From: Negaprion brevirostris
Lineage: Eukaryota
Direction: 5' to 3'
Assembly: GCA_030324005.1 (NCBI GenBank)
Contig: JARDVH010000099.1
Location: forward strand, 51,816,436-51,880,435
DNA: 64,000 nucleotides
Positions 48,695 through 62,800 of the stretch are shown here, piece after piece. Numbering within the stretch: position 1 is the first letter of the stretch; the number at the start of each line of letters is the position of its first letter. The position numbers and the translations under genes are program-made. The notes beneath the pieces were generated by a model, which worked only from the letters and a program-made list of their open reading frames with translations, had not been told where the DNA came from and searched no databases.

Positions 48695-51600
48695 TGGGGC
48701 ACAGTGGTTTTGTTGCTGCACTAGTAATCTACTAAACTGGTAGAGACCCAAGGTATGCTCTGGCCACCCGGTTTCAAATTCCACCACAAAGAATTCTGGA
48801 ATTAGAAGTCTAATAATGACAGTTGCCGATTGTCATAAAAACCTATCCAGTTCACTAATGTTCTTTAGGGAAGGAGATCTGCCATCCTTACCTGATCTAG
48901 CCTACATGTGACTCCAGATGTATAGCAATATGTTTGACTCTTAAATGCCCTCTAAAATGGCCTAGCAAGCCATTCAGTTGTATCCAACTGCTACAAACAA
49001 AAATAATGAAACCAGACAGACCACCCAACATTGACATGGCACCAGAAGCAACAATGGCAAACCCAGCCCTGTCAACCCTGCAAAGTCCTTCTTGCTAACA
49101 CCTGGGGATTTGTGTCAAAATTGGGAGAGCTGTCTCATGGACTAGTCAAGCAATAGCCTTACATAGCCATACCCACGGAATTATACGTTACAGATAATGC
49201 CCCAAACAGCACCATCACCATTGCTGGTTATGTCCATCCAACCGGCAGGACAGGTCATAGAACCCTTGTCCAGTATCATAGGTCCATTAGAGGTGGTGGC
49301 ACACTGGTACGTAGTGAGGAGTGAGTTGCCTCAGGAGTCGTCATCATCATTTTAGGACGCTATGAAGTCTCAAGACACCAAGAGCCAACAAAGAATCCTC
49401 CAGCTGAGTACCATGTGCTGTCCCCTCTCAGGTGATGAATCAGTACTCTTCCATGTTGAACACCACTTGAAGGAAGCATTGAGGCTGGCAAGGAGAAAGA
49501 ATGCACTCTGGGTGGCACATTCAGTGTTCGTCACCAAGAGCAGCTTGATAGTGCCACAACAAGCAGAGCTGATCTGATCCAAAAGTACATAGTAAATAGA
49601 ACAGTGGGAAAGCAAGAGAAATAACTGCAGATAAAACCACCAGGCCTGAGAATGGAGCTGAGAGAGGAATGGCTACAATTATTTGGTCCCTTCATCCAAA
49701 GAATTCACATAGATTGTAAATAGTTGAGGACCCAGCACTGATCCCTAAAAATGATCTATTTATCCCAACTCTCTATTTCCTGTTCATTAGCTAATCCTCT
49801 AACCATGCTAATATATTACACCCAACACNNNNNNNNNNTAGTACCTTTTATGTGGCACCTTATTGAGTGCCTTCTGGAAATCCAAATTCTCCACTAACTA
49901 CCTGCTCATTACATCACAAAGAACTGCATAAGTTTGTCAAACACAATTTCCTTTCATAAACCAGATTAACTCTGCTTGGTAGAATTTTGATTTTCTAACT
50001 CTCCCGTTGCTAATTCCTTAATAATGGATTTAAGCATTTTCCTAATGCTTGATGTTAGGCTAACTGGCCCATGGTTTCCTTCTTTCTGTCTCCCTCTTTT
50101 TGGGATAGAGGTATTGTGTTTACAATAGAAATCAACAAATAGAAGTTCTGCAAAAGGACAACAGCTGATTGGATGGTGAGTGTTTAGTTTAGTTTTTGTT
50201 TTTAAAATAGGGAGTTGTGCCAATCTGAGAGCTAAGAATCTGTAATTTACTATTACTTTACCTAATTAATAAACTAGATAAAATAACTCATGTATAGAAC
50301 TAAAATAATGCATTAGACAATAATGTTAACAAACTAAGTAAGTAGATAGATCTGTCAAGGTAGGTAATGAAACTTAGTTTCAGCATGTATGAGGTTTTGG
50401 AGAGCATTGCAATTCTGGAAAACCTGTGGCAAGTGCCTGCAGGGAATAAGGTCCATGCAAAGAACAATGGTAGAAAAACATAAAATTAAAGGCCTGCATG
50501 AGACATTTATAATGAGATAAACCAACAAGCAGCACAAACAGAGATAAATGATTTCAATCTAATCACCATTGCAATGACATGTTTGCAATGTGACCAAAGT
50601 TGGGAGATAAATATTCCCGTATACACAACATTTTGAAAACACAAGCAGAATGGAGAAGGAGGGGTAACCCTGATAGTAAAGGAAGATGATTGTGTAGAAC
50701 ATATTTTCAACAATTTCCTGGAATAATACATTGTGGGACCACCTAGGGATAAATCTCGTATTGTGTAATGAGGCAAGATTAATACATAATCTCACAGTAA
50801 AAGATCCTCTGGGAAAATGTGATTAGAACACACATTTGTTTCATATTAAGTTTGAGAACATGCTTGTGTTCAAAACAAAACTTACATTTAAACGAAGTCA
50901 ATTACATAGGTATGAGGGAAGAGCTGGTTAAGGTGGGCAAATAGACAAAAAGACATCAACAAAGGAAGTAAACAGCGGGAAACATTTCAAGAAACAATTC
51001 AAAATTATCAACAAAAACACATTCCACTGAAGCATCAGTGAGAAAGATCCATCCCTGATTACGAGGGAAGTTGAGAATCATATTAGATTTTTAAAAATGT
51101 GATTGATAATGTTGCAAAGAATAGTAGTAAGTTTAAGAGAGGATTGAGAGATTTTAGAAACTAGCAAATTGTGAGCAAAAGATTGATTAAAAATATAAGA
51201 GGCAAAAATTTTAAAAAGCAGAATCTTTTCAAGTATACAAAAAGGAGGAAAGTATGGAAATGGCAGAGATGCTGAACAAATATTTTATGTTGTCTTTGTC
51301 TTTTTTGATTTGATTCATCATTGTCACATATATTACAGTGAGAAGTATTGTTTCTTGTGCTACACAGACAAAGCAAGGAGAGGGGACAAAATGAATTGTT
51401 ACAGTAATAGCTAGAATGTAGAAAAACATCAACTTAAGATGAGGTAGGTCCATCCAAAAGTCTGATGGCAGCAGGGAAAAAGCTATTCTTGAGTCGGTCA
51501 TCTATAGTGACCTCAGACTTTTGTATCTTTTTCCCCGATGGAAGAGGGAATGTCCAGAGCGACTGGGGTCCTTGATTATGCTGGCTGCTTTTCTGAGACA

Positions 51601-52560
51601 GCAGGAAGTGTAGATAGAGTCAATGGATAGGAGGCTGGTTTGCAAAATGGACTGGGTTTCATTCATGACCCTTTGTAATTTCTTGTCGAGTTGGACAAAG
51701 CAGGAGCCATGTCAAGCTGTGATACACCCAGAAAGTGGCGTGGTCTCCCACAGTCTGCTGCCACCATATACGATAAGGGTCTCAATGTAGACTTAAAGAT
51801 ATTTGTCTCTATGTTACACACACTAAGCAAGATATTGAGAATAGGGAGGGTTATGATTGAACACAATACTATCAAGTTTATTACCTCAACTATATCCAGA
51901 TCTACACAGGCCTTGGATCCTTTCAGTTACATAGGTTGATTACTTGACTATGTGCCTGACTCATAAGATAAACATGAAGTCTTACTGATACAAGTCACAG
52001 GCAGTCGTGAATGTCTGCAGTAGGGGAAGCTGGCAATAGTGATCATTAAATATGAAGACTCTGTCTTTTGCCCTCCAGCCTTACACAGTGATATTGTGAT
52101 TTCACTATTCAGCATCTTAAAGGTACATATCATTGTCTACATTGGCATGCATACAATATCACAACAGTCTTCATGGTAAAGGTCATGCATGACAACCAGA
52201 AAAAAAGGATAATCAAGAGGCTAATAAAAGTGAGGAATTTAAAGTAATTAGTATCCGCAAAATAAAAGTATTAGAGAAAAATTAGGGGACCAACAATTGA
52301 CAATTCCTCAGGACGTTTTTTTTAGTAATTAATGTACAGGAAGTGGGCATCACTGGCTGGACCAGCATATATTGCCCATCTCTCACTGCACTCAAGTAGG
52401 TGATCTGCCTTCTTGAATTGCTGCAGTCCGTGTGGTGGAGGTACACCCACAGTACAATTAGGACGGGAGTTCCAGGATATTAACAGAATGATAGTGAGGG
52501 GACAGTGATATACTTCCAGGTCAGATTGGTAAGCAACTTGGAGAGGAACTTCCGGAGGGT
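48695..52560. mobile_element. Cluster of CR1-clade LINE fragments in both orientations
   Basis: Endonuclease-region relics (caggacag..ggtggtggcaca at ~49245-49305; agaaggaggggtaaccctgatag at ~50654), NHGPVSLTS..KMLKSII (49966-50223, -) and several tails. Confidence 0.7.
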
Positions 52561-52814
52561 GGTTTCATGCATTTTTATTACTCCTATAGCCTTATTGAGC
52601 TCTGCCATATTCATGTATTCACTGGAAGAAATGTCATAAGTTTCTAGCATAAGAAAGAAAAATCTAAATTTTTTGCTAGCATCAAGCTCTGTGCTAAACT
52701 GGTATCTCAGGATAACAATCTTTTTACATCCTTTCTTAGACAAAAATGAAATTATTTCCCTTCAAAAATGAAACTGCCATAATCCCTATTGGTTTCTTGC
52801 AAGGTTCACTCCTA

Positions 52815-53105
52815 TAAAGTTGAAGTTTATGTACTCATCACAAGCAGGCTTACATTAACATTGCAATGAAGTTACTGTGAAAATCCCCTAGTCGCCACAT
52901 TCTGGCACCTGTTCGGGGACACTGAGGGAGAATTTAGTATGGCCGAGCACCTAATTGGCACATCTTTCAGACTGTGGGAGGAAATCCACGCAAACACGGG
53001 GAGAATGTGCAAACTACTCACAGACACCGACTCAAGTAGGGAACTGAACCTGGGTCCCTGGCACTGTGAGACAGCAGTGCTAACCACTGTGCCACTGTGT
53101 TGCCC
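52815..53105 (-). mobile_element. HE1-type SINE
   Basis: Reverse-complement SINE consensus. Confidence 0.85.
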
Positions 53106-53107
53106 AG

Positions 53108-56100
53108 TGGTATTCATTGGAAACATCAGCCACCCTTTCTAAAGCAACTACTTTCAGTTTTAATATCCAACAATGCACTTTTAAGTGTCCAACTTTATAC
53201 TTATGAAAACATACTGGTCTTTTTTTATTCATTTCTATCCCCCACATTATCCTTTCTACCATCTTGGGGAACATCTGCCTTTGCATTAATGTGTCTCCTC
53301 CAATTAAATTAAAGTCTTCATGATTACGATTTACTTTATTCCTCCAGTTTCTGGGTGGGTTTATAAAGGAGGGTTGCCACCACTTAGGTGTTTGTGAGTT
53401 AAATCATAGCTATCAGCTCTCCATTCCTCTCAGGGAATTCCACATCCAGGTGGAATACTATTTTTAAGTTACTCCATTAATAATACTTCCCTCATCTTTT
53501 CAAAACTCCTGTTCAATTTTAATTGACAGATATCAACTATCGAGAAACATTTATCTTTCCACAGCAGATTCTGCAAACGTTTGATTCTGTCTTTTCCTGA
53601 GGTTTTGAAATTTCAATCTACGAGCTTCTGGAACCAGCTTGTGCTCATTAAGCATGGCAAATTAATCAAATCATAACTAAAAGATTGGTCATCGGAATGG
53701 CTTGAACAGGCATCATTGGGGGATTCTCCCATCACCACTGCGCTACCTTTGTAGCTTCACAGGCCAGGAGCCTCAAGCAGGAGCCATTTGGCAGGCTCCA
53801 CACTGGGCGCCATGGCCTCCACGAGTCTTCCAGCGCCGGATTTCCGACCCATCAGCTCCGCACCAGAAATTGGCACTGAACTTGCATTATTTATTTAAAT
53901 ATTAATTTACATACCATTTAAATCTGATTTGCAGGTCCAGGGCTGAAATCTCTGGGCCCAATAGCCTCTCCCCCACCTGCCAGGAGTATATCACTCCAGT
54001 GGGGTTTACAATATTCCTCACTACCGGTGAGCTGGTGGCCTGACCTCAGGAGTGATGGAGAGGCAATTGAGGTCCGCAGAATGTCAGGCATGGAAGGGGC
54101 ATTTCTACCTTGGCAGGGACAGCCTGGGTCCCTGGCACTGTGCAATGAACAAAGTGCCAATGCCCAGGAGATACCTTGGCACTGCCCATCGGGCATGGGA
54201 CAGTGCCAAGGGGGCAGGGTCTCTGTGGAGATGATATGTGGGGGTGGGGACCACACTGCCACTCTGCATTTGAGCTGAGTGGCAGGGGCCAATGATCAGG
54301 GGGCCATCAGGGTGGGGGGGAGGGGGAATTTGAGGCTGGCCCGGGCATGTTTATGGGGCCAGCGGTCGGGGGTTGGTGAGGTCGGAGGGCCAGCAATGCA
54401 GGGGTTGTGGGGTTGGCCAGTGATTGAGGTGGCCGGAAATCGGGAGGCCAGCAGTGCGGGGCTTCTGCACATGCACCGATCTTGGCACTGACAGATCGAT
54501 GCCTGCGCAGTGGCCCACTCAGCGCTGCCAGCCTCTCCAGGCCCTGCCCACTGGTTTTAGAATGAGTCACGCTAGTGCACTCTGCAGTGCACAGAGCGAG
54601 GGAGATTCATTTTGAAAATCCTGCTGAGAAAACCTGCGGGATTTACTCCAGTTTTTATGTAAATTCAACACTTAGAATTTGTTGGGGAGAATCCTCCCCC
54701 CACTGACATACTTTTCCTACTAAAACACCTGTGGCTAGGCAGGCTTTATAACAATTTTATCAATGAAACAAAAAGCCTTTCAACCCATCCTCACTGAATT
54801 TAGACAGAATATTAATATTTCTAGCAAATCACAATTTTGGAGATGAATTCATATCATTGTCTCATTCACTAGTTATTCCAGGTAAACAAATCCTTTCTCT
54901 TCAGCTTAGAGTTTCTTGTTTCTTTCTGCTTTGAAACTCTCTGTCTCTTTCCCTTCTTTCTATGTTTTCCTCTCTGAAACTCTGTCATTTTCTNNNNNNN
55001 NNNNNNNNNNNNNNNNNNNNNNNNNNNNNNNNNNNNNNNNNNNNNNNNNNNNNNNNNNNNNNNNNNNNNNNNNNNNNNNNNNNNNNTCATTTGCAATTGA
55101 ATTCCAGTTAACTCGAAGATGAAAGCAAATTACTGCGGATGCAGGGATCTGTTGGAGAGAAGGGTCATCCAGACTCAAGGTGTTAGCTCTACTCTCTCTC
55201 CACAGATGCTGTCACACCCACTCAGAATTTCCAGCATTTTTGGTTTTCATTTCTGGATAACTCAATCTGTGCGGTATCTGGGAAACTCTTTTCCCGCTTT
55301 CAATTTCAAATATCTCAACTATTTCTGCTTTTGAAGTGTCTATATTTTACTCTAAATCCATCTATTCTCCTGTTGCCTTTAAATTAACATTTGTTAACAG
55401 ATGAAAGGTATTCTGATGAATCTTCCTTCTCAAGAAAAGCTTCAGCAATTGATAAAGACATTTTAAATTTCAGTAACTGCAGTAAAAGTCACTGTGAAAT
55501 TCTGCTCACTTAAACGTTAACGAATCTCAGTCCACTTATTTCACTCTGTGGTTTTGTAATCCCACAAAGAGCCCCTAATTTTTTTGAGGCCTCATTGGAG
55601 ACCACTAACTTCTTAAATATAAATTAAATCTCCCAGTTCTTAACTGAAATAATAATGTCAAGGATTTAATCTTTTTAAAAAAGTCTTTACTGAAGGAGTG
55701 TTAATTAAAGTAGGTACTACTGACATAATGCAAAATCCTAAAACCTTTTTCCTAAAAAAGGAAAATATCAACGGACTGCTTCCATCCTACTTTTATTTCC
55801 ATCCAAGAGTTTCTCTCTCCTTGAAAGGATTTTGAAGGTTCCTTCACTTCCCTTGGGACTAAACGAAGGAATGCCACAGCTTTCAGGAATTCATTTTGCT
55901 TCTCCTTGGTGTAGCCCACTTGGGACCAAACCAACATATGACACAGCTTTCAGGAGTTCACTTTGCTTCCCCTCTGTGTACCCGCAATGTTCCAAGTATG
56001 AGATTTCTTGAGGTCCTTCCTTTAGCATTTGGCTAAATGACATTCCAACTCTCTGGAAGCACTTCATGATTTGGACATTCCAGCTCAAGCTCACGGTCAA

Positions 56101-56420
56101 CTCAGAAATTACCCTTTTTTTGATTCTGGTTTGAAGAATTTGGCAAATTTACTCACTCTGCTTCTCAAAGCTGCTCCCAAGCTCCAATTAGCTGCTTCTG
56201 TGAAAAATCACATAGATAAAGCCAAAACAAAAGAGTATCTTCCTGCAGTCTATCCCCATGGCAACGTGACACACTTGGGATTCCCCAGATATAGATTTTA
56301 AACCAGTTCTCTCCAACTTTAAATCTGATCTTTGATCTGAAATTAGATGGATACTTTAAGATCTTTCCTTGATTACTCATTGCCTTCAAGTCTTTCTTTG
56401 ATCTGCAACCCACATGAATA
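53108..56420 (-). mobile_element. Gmr1-like Gypsy relic (Gag with zinc knuckle), with nested repeats
   Basis: KKRPVCFHKYKVGHLKVHCWIL (degenerate CCHC); ELVPEARRLKFQNLRKRQNQTF and EVLLME*LKNSIP SCAN-like segments at ~53450-53645. Confidence 0.7.
53717..54700 (+). repeat. GC-rich element with terminal inverted repeats
   Basis: Starts ggggattctccc and ends gggagaatcctcccc; internal similarity to 2870-3884. Confidence 0.72.
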
Positions 56421-56794
56421 ATTTAAACAACTATATGAAGACAACTGTAGACATCTTTTCTCCACAAGAGTCTCTGAAAAATGATACCTATTGATAAATG
56501 TTTTACCACTGCCAACTCTGACCCTATTGAATAAACACCCAAGAACCTATAAATTACCATTCCTTTAGGAGTTATTTACCAGCTTCTGACCTGGGCTTTT
56601 CATTATCTTACTTTTAAATTTCAATCCCCACTGAAATCTGTATTCCTGAAAGGATGAGTCTTGAAAATAAACATTCTTGCAACACTCGCATGAGTATACC
56701 AAGTCTCACTCAAGATCAACATTTAGAGCTTTCATGCCTTTTCAAAAATCTCCTGATTTTTAATTATTGCTACCACGATGAATACTTTCAGTTC

Positions 56795-57106
56795 CCACAC
56801 AGTGGTTAGCACTGCCGTCTCACAATGCCAGGGATCCAGATTTGATCCCGGCCTCAGGTCACTGTCTGTGTGGAGTTTGCACATTCTCCCCATCTCTCTG
56901 TGGGTTTCCTCCAGGCACTCCGGTTTCCTCCCACAGTCCAAAGATGTGCAGGTTAGGTAGATTGGCCATGCTAAATTGCCCCTTAGTGGCAAAGGGACCA
57001 GCAGGGTAAATGCATGGGGTTATAGGGATAGGGCCTGAGTGGGATTGTGGTCGGTGCAGACTTGATGGGCTGAATGGCCGCCTTCTGCACTGTAGGGATT
57101 CTATGA
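56795..57106 (+). mobile_element. HE1-type SINE
   Basis: cacagtggttagcactgcc head to gattctatg tail. Confidence 0.88.
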
Positions 57107-58169
57107 TCTGCTGCGTTGGCCTAACCTGCCTTTATCTCTTTGAGCCTCTTTGTGTCCTTCTCACAGCTTTCTGCGCTACATAGTATTTTTTATTATCAGC
57201 AATCTTGAATATATCATCAATATAGATTGCAAATAGTTAAGATCCCTGCCATTACAGTCTGTAAATTTGAAAATCATCTATTTATTCCCAGTGTCTGCTT
57301 CCTGTTCACCAATCAATTCTCTATTCATGCTGATATATNNNNNNNNNNNNNNNNNNNNNNNNNNNNNNNNNNNNNNNNNNNNNNNNNNNNNNNNNNNNNN
57401 NNNNNNNNNNNNNNNNNNNNNNNNNNNNNNNNNNNNNNNNNNNNNNNNNNNNNNNNNNNNNNNNNNNNNNNNNNNNNNNNNNNNNNNNNNNNNNNNNNNN
57501 NNNNNNNGGTGACTAATATCAGGCAAACTGGGCTGCAATTGCCTGTTTTCTCTCTCCCATGTGTTGAATAGGAAAGCATGGCAGATTTCGTCCCCTCAAG
57601 GACATAGTGAACCTGTTAGGTTTTTACAACAATTGACAATGGTTACATGGTTGCCATTAGATTTTTCCAGATTCTTATTGAAGTCAAATTTCACCATTTA
57701 CCATGGTGGGATTCAAACCCAGTTCCTCAGAGCATTAACCTGAGTCTCTAGGTTACTAGTTTAGTGACAATGCCACTGTTCGACTGCCTTCCTGATTGCA
57801 CCAGTACCAGTATTTTAACATTCCATTTACTGGTGCTGTCTTTTCTGAAGTCATCTTAAGTGCTCCTAATACTGCCACCGATTCACCATTCAGGACCCAA
57901 CAATGGGCTTTGAGGAGCAATAAAGGCATACTGGTTCCTTCACATCAATTTTATCCTCTATGCTATCATTTTTCATTGACTAGAACAGCTTCTGCCTCCT
58001 CTATTCCCTCAGCTTCCCTTTGGTTTACAAATGAAGATCTACTACCCTCCTAGCTGCCTATGCGATATATCTCATGCATTTGCCTGAACCACTGCATCCT
58101 GCAGCATAGAAACCCTATGATCTTCTAGGTGTGACCCAATTGCTATTAAAATGCTCCAATATTATTAGC

Positions 58170-59700
58170 CCCCTCAAATTCTCAAAAAATTTGTTTTAAC
58201 TTAAGGCATCAAAACCACCAGTCCCACAATATTTTTTTTTCCACAGTAAATTCTACAATGATTTAATGTGGTCTTTTCTGAAAATTGTCTTAAATTTCAA
58301 CAAGTATACTTCAGGGTTGAGTTCATGAACATTAAGTACAGCAGTTTGAACTGCCTCATAATCTGAAGATTGTTCTTCCAAAAGGCTAGAATAGGCCCCC
58401 ATTGTCTTCCCAAACAAAACATATTGGAAAATGAGAATCTGTGAGTCATTTGGGACCTTTCGCTTTGTAGTCACCTTTTCAAACAAGATAAACTAACTCT
58501 CAACTTTGTGTTCACTGAATCTGGGCAATAGCCAATGTCTCTTTTTTATGTCAAAGCTCAGAATGGGACTCCATTTCCCATTTTAACTACTCGACTCTCT
58601 TGCGTCCAGTAACCTAAGCTTTTCTCTAGTCAGCTAAGTTATTTCTCTCTGTGGAGTTCAAGTTAAAACTAATGCATTTTCATTTCTTCTTTCTAGTTCA
58701 AACATTTTCATTTCATTTTCTATTTCAAGCTGCTTCACATGCAACTGAATTCTAGCTAACTCAACTGAACTGCCATCTGCATTACCTTTTTCTTCTTTCA
58801 ATCCCAAATGCTGTGCTATTTCTTTAATTATGTCTGCTTTCTTAGAGTCTTGCTTTTAACTGTTCTGCTAATGTAACTAGCCAAGCAAATTGTGGCAAAT
58901 CAGTCAAGGATAAGTCTTCACTCTACAACAACTGACAAAGCAATTCTGCTGTACCATCAGTATTAGTTAAGTTTACCATGGAAATCTTACTAACCTTAAT
59001 CTCAGCAACTACGAGCAGTCAATCTGTCTATGGATTTGAAAGCTCGGACAAAACCCTAATTCACATTACAACCCTAGGCCAGACTCCCCAAGGTTTTGCT
59101 AAGATCTTGTTAGAGACCAATAATGTTTGTTTAAAGTTGACAAAACTGGAGTCTCATTATATTTGCTCATTGAATAAATCTGTGTGACTCGGTCGATATT
59201 GAATAAACAAAAACTAACTTTACTATACAAGGTCAGAGAAATAAAACAATTTATAATATGTATTTTATACTCCAGCAGTTAGAGAAAGTGTGAAGTATGT
59301 GTGAATTAACAGGCAAACTGTGGTTGGCCTATACAATAAATGATAGACGTGACCAAGACAGAGTCCATGGATTTCTCAACGACCCACCCAGATGCTAGCA
59401 CTGTGAGTTAATCAATCTCACTGAAACACTGTCTCCTTCATGAGGAGTTTTCGAAGATCTAACCTGGGTATTCTTTCTCAAGGTTGCTCCATATTGGACA
59501 GCATCAAAAACAGCCCATCTTGGTGGGTTTCAATCTCACCTCCCAAGATTCTGTTTTCTTGGATTTCTGAGTATACACTGAAGTAACAATACACAAACAC
59601 AACTTCAGTTTTTTGGCTGTACCAACAGAACACCACTAATCTAAAGGGGTCCCTTTGTCCCAGTGGCCTACAGCACAGGGTGACCAACCTTCACTGCTTT
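58170..59700 (-). mobile_element. Gmr1-like Gypsy 5' part (LTR-like + SCAN-type Gag)
   Basis: FEKV..LFGKTMGAYSSLLEEQSSDYEAVQTAVLNVHELNPEVYLLKF (58253-58486), preceded by a Glu/Lys-rich coil and an LTR-like segment at ~59060-59700. Confidence 0.78.
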
Positions 59701-60224
59701 TTTGGATCTTCATGATTTCCCCCGAGTCCTTTCAATTACTGGGGCTTCTCTTGAACCCTCTTCTATAAAGTCTATTACCTGCAGCCCTTTTCCTATTTGG
59801 TTCATTTTTCTCTGTCCGTCTCTTAGACAGAAATTGGACTGCTTCCTTTCTCTACCAGCTCTCTTGGACTCTTCGTTTTGGACCTCATGCTGCCCCATAC
59901 CTGTACCCTCAATGACCCTTCACCTTCAGTCACCTGACCCAGGTTTTCATGCCATTTCCTTATGTACGTGCACAGCAGGCCAAAAAGGCATAAAAATGTC
60001 AATCTGCCTATGTGCAGCCCAGTCGACAAAAGCTCCAAGTTCCATCAGGAGATTATGTTCCTCATTTTCCATTGAGAAAAGTTTGAGTTTCATACAAGTG
60101 TGGATAACAATGAGGAGTCTTGTCTTACTAGCAACAAAATGCATTTTTATATCCATAAAAAGGAACAAAAGAAGACAGTCCAAAGATGTGCAGGTTAGAT
60201 GGATTTGTCCATGGCAGTATTGGT

Positions 60225-62345
60225 AGGAGTGACCACCANNNNNNNNNNTCTGGTGGAGATGCAGATCAGCTTTCACATTGCAGATACTTTCTCTCATTTT
60301 GTGTGACTTTACCACGGTGCCACATGGGATGGAATTTCAACATATTTAGCAAAGCAAAACTGGGCAGCCATGAGGTGCTCTGGGCCAACTGCAGCAGCAG
60401 AATCGTATCCAACTGCACTCTGTAATATCGCAGCCCAGCATATTCTCCACTCTGTCATTATCACCACACCAGGGGAACAATCCTGGGTCAATGAAAAGTG
60501 CAGGAGGACATGCCAGCAGCATATCTAAAATTCAGGTGTCAACCTGGTGAAGCAATAACACAGGACTATCAGCATGCCAAAATGTGAAAGCAGCAAATGA
60601 TAGATTTAAATGATCCTACAATGAGCGGTTCAGATCTAAGCTCCAAAGCCCTGCTCCATCCTTCAGCTTTGCAGCCACCTTTTCAAACAAGATAAAATGG
60701 TGGTGGACAAGTAAACAACTGGCAAAGGAGGCTCCACAAATGTCCCCATCCTCAGTGACGGGGAGCACAGCACATCTGTGTAAAAGATAAGGCTAAAGAA
60801 TTTACTGTCTTCTTCAGCCAGAATTGCCAAGGGAATAATCCATCTTGGACTCCTACTAAGGTCCCGAGAATCATCAATGCCAGTTCAGCCAATTTTATTT
60901 GCTCTGTGTGAAAGCAAGAAATGGCTGAAGGCATTGGATACTACAGAGACTATAGCATGTGAAGAGTTGTGATCCAGAACCAGCTGCATGCCTAGCCAAG
61001 CTGTTCCAGTATAGCTACAATACTGGCATCTGCCCAGAAATGCAAAAAAATGCCACAGATTGGTCTGATTACAAAAAGTAGGACAAATCCAACCCAGGTA
61101 ATTACTACCACGTCAGTCTACTCTCGATTATCGGTGAAGTGATGGAAGGGGGCATCAATAGAACTTGGTCAACAATAACCTATTTGCTGATCTCAGTGTG
61201 TGTTCCACCAGGGCCGCTCAGCTCTTGACCTTATTGCAGCAGCCTGAGGGCAAACACGAACTAAAGTACTGAACTAAAAAGGCAAGTGAGCAAAACAGAA
61301 GACAACAACAATCGGGGGGAAACTCTGGTGCAGTTACACCTAGAACAAAGGAAGATGTCCTTGGTTGTTAAAGATCAATCATCTCAGTCACTGGATATCA
61401 TTGCAGAGGGTTGTAAGGAGGGTAGTGTTTTAGCCCCTACCACCTTCAGTTCCTTCATCAACGGCCTTCCCTTCATCAGAAGATTAGAGGTGGAGATGTT
61501 CACTGATGATTCCACAATGTTCATTAACATTTATGACTTCTTAGATACTGAAACAGTCTGTGCCCTTTTGTGACAAGACCTGGGCAACTTTCAGGCTTGA
61601 GCTGATTAGTTGCAAGTAATATTTGTGCCACACAAATGCCAAGCAATGACCACCTCCAACAAGAGAGAATCCAAGCAGCATTACCATTGCTGAATCCCCA
61701 TTATCAATGCCTTCAGAGTTACCATTGATCAAAAACTGAATTGAAGCAGCCAGATAAATACTGTGACTGCAAGAAAAGAATACTGTGAAGACTAATTCAC
61801 TTCTTGTCTCCCCATCTACAAGGCACAAGTCAAGGTTGTAATGGGGTATTCTTCACTTGCCTGGCTGAATGTAGCTCCAGCAGCACTCTGCTCAACACCA
61901 TCCAAGACAAAGCAGCCCTCTTGATTGTCACCCCACCATCACCTTCAGCATCCACTTCTTTCACTAGCAATACACCGTGGCAGCAGTATTACCATTACAG
62001 GAACTCACCTCGGCTCCTTCGACAGCACCTTCCAAACCCATGCTCTCTACTACCTAGAAGGACAAGGGTAGCCGACGCATGGGAATATCTACACCTGCAC
62101 GTTCCCCTCCAAGTCCCCACTGCCCTGACTTGGAAATATATATGGAGATATATTTAAATCTTGGAGCTTCCTGCCACCGATTAACACCTCCAACCGCCGT
62201 ACCCAACCCGACAACACTCTGCATGTACCTATACACATGGACTGCAGCAGTTCAAAGAGGCAATCATCTTCTCATGGGCAATTAAGGATGGCAATGCACT
62301 ATGGCCTAGCCAGCAATGCCCACATCCTGTGAAAGAATTCATCAA
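60225..62345 (+). mobile_element. CR1-clade LINE ORF2 relic with 3' UTR
   Basis: PEPAACLAKLFQYSYNTGI; DKSNPGNYYHVSLLSII; GSVLAPTTFSSFING..MFTDDST; family 3' UTR. Confidence 0.85.
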
Positions 62346-62394
62346 GTTTGTTCCTGGACTCAGAGGATTGTCCTACGATGTATTAATTGTGCTT

Positions 62395-62800
62395 ATATTC
62401 TCAGGGGTTTTGGTAGAATGAGAGATGATCGCATTGAGACACAACAGATTATGAAGAGGTTTGTCAGGTTAGACACAAGAGCATTATTTCGCCCCCGCCC
62501 CCACCCCCGAGGAACGTGGAACAGTTTCACGATAAAGAGTCAACCATTTATGAGTGGGTTGCAAAGAAATTTCTCCATTCAGATCGTTCTGAATCTTTGG
62601 AATTCACTACCCCAGAGGATCAGTGAGTATGTCACCGCCAGAAATAGACACATTTTTGATCTCTTTGGAAGTCGAGAGATACAGGAAGCAGCTGAGAAAG
62701 TAACTTTAAACCAGAACACCAGTCACGATCATGTTGAATAATGGAACAGACCCAAAGAGCCATTGGGTCTACACCTGCTCCTAGTTATTATGCTCTTTTG
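62395..62800 (+). mobile_element. CR1 3' fragment
   Basis: RMRDDRIET..NFSIQIVLNLWNSLPQ and typical tail. Confidence 0.75.
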
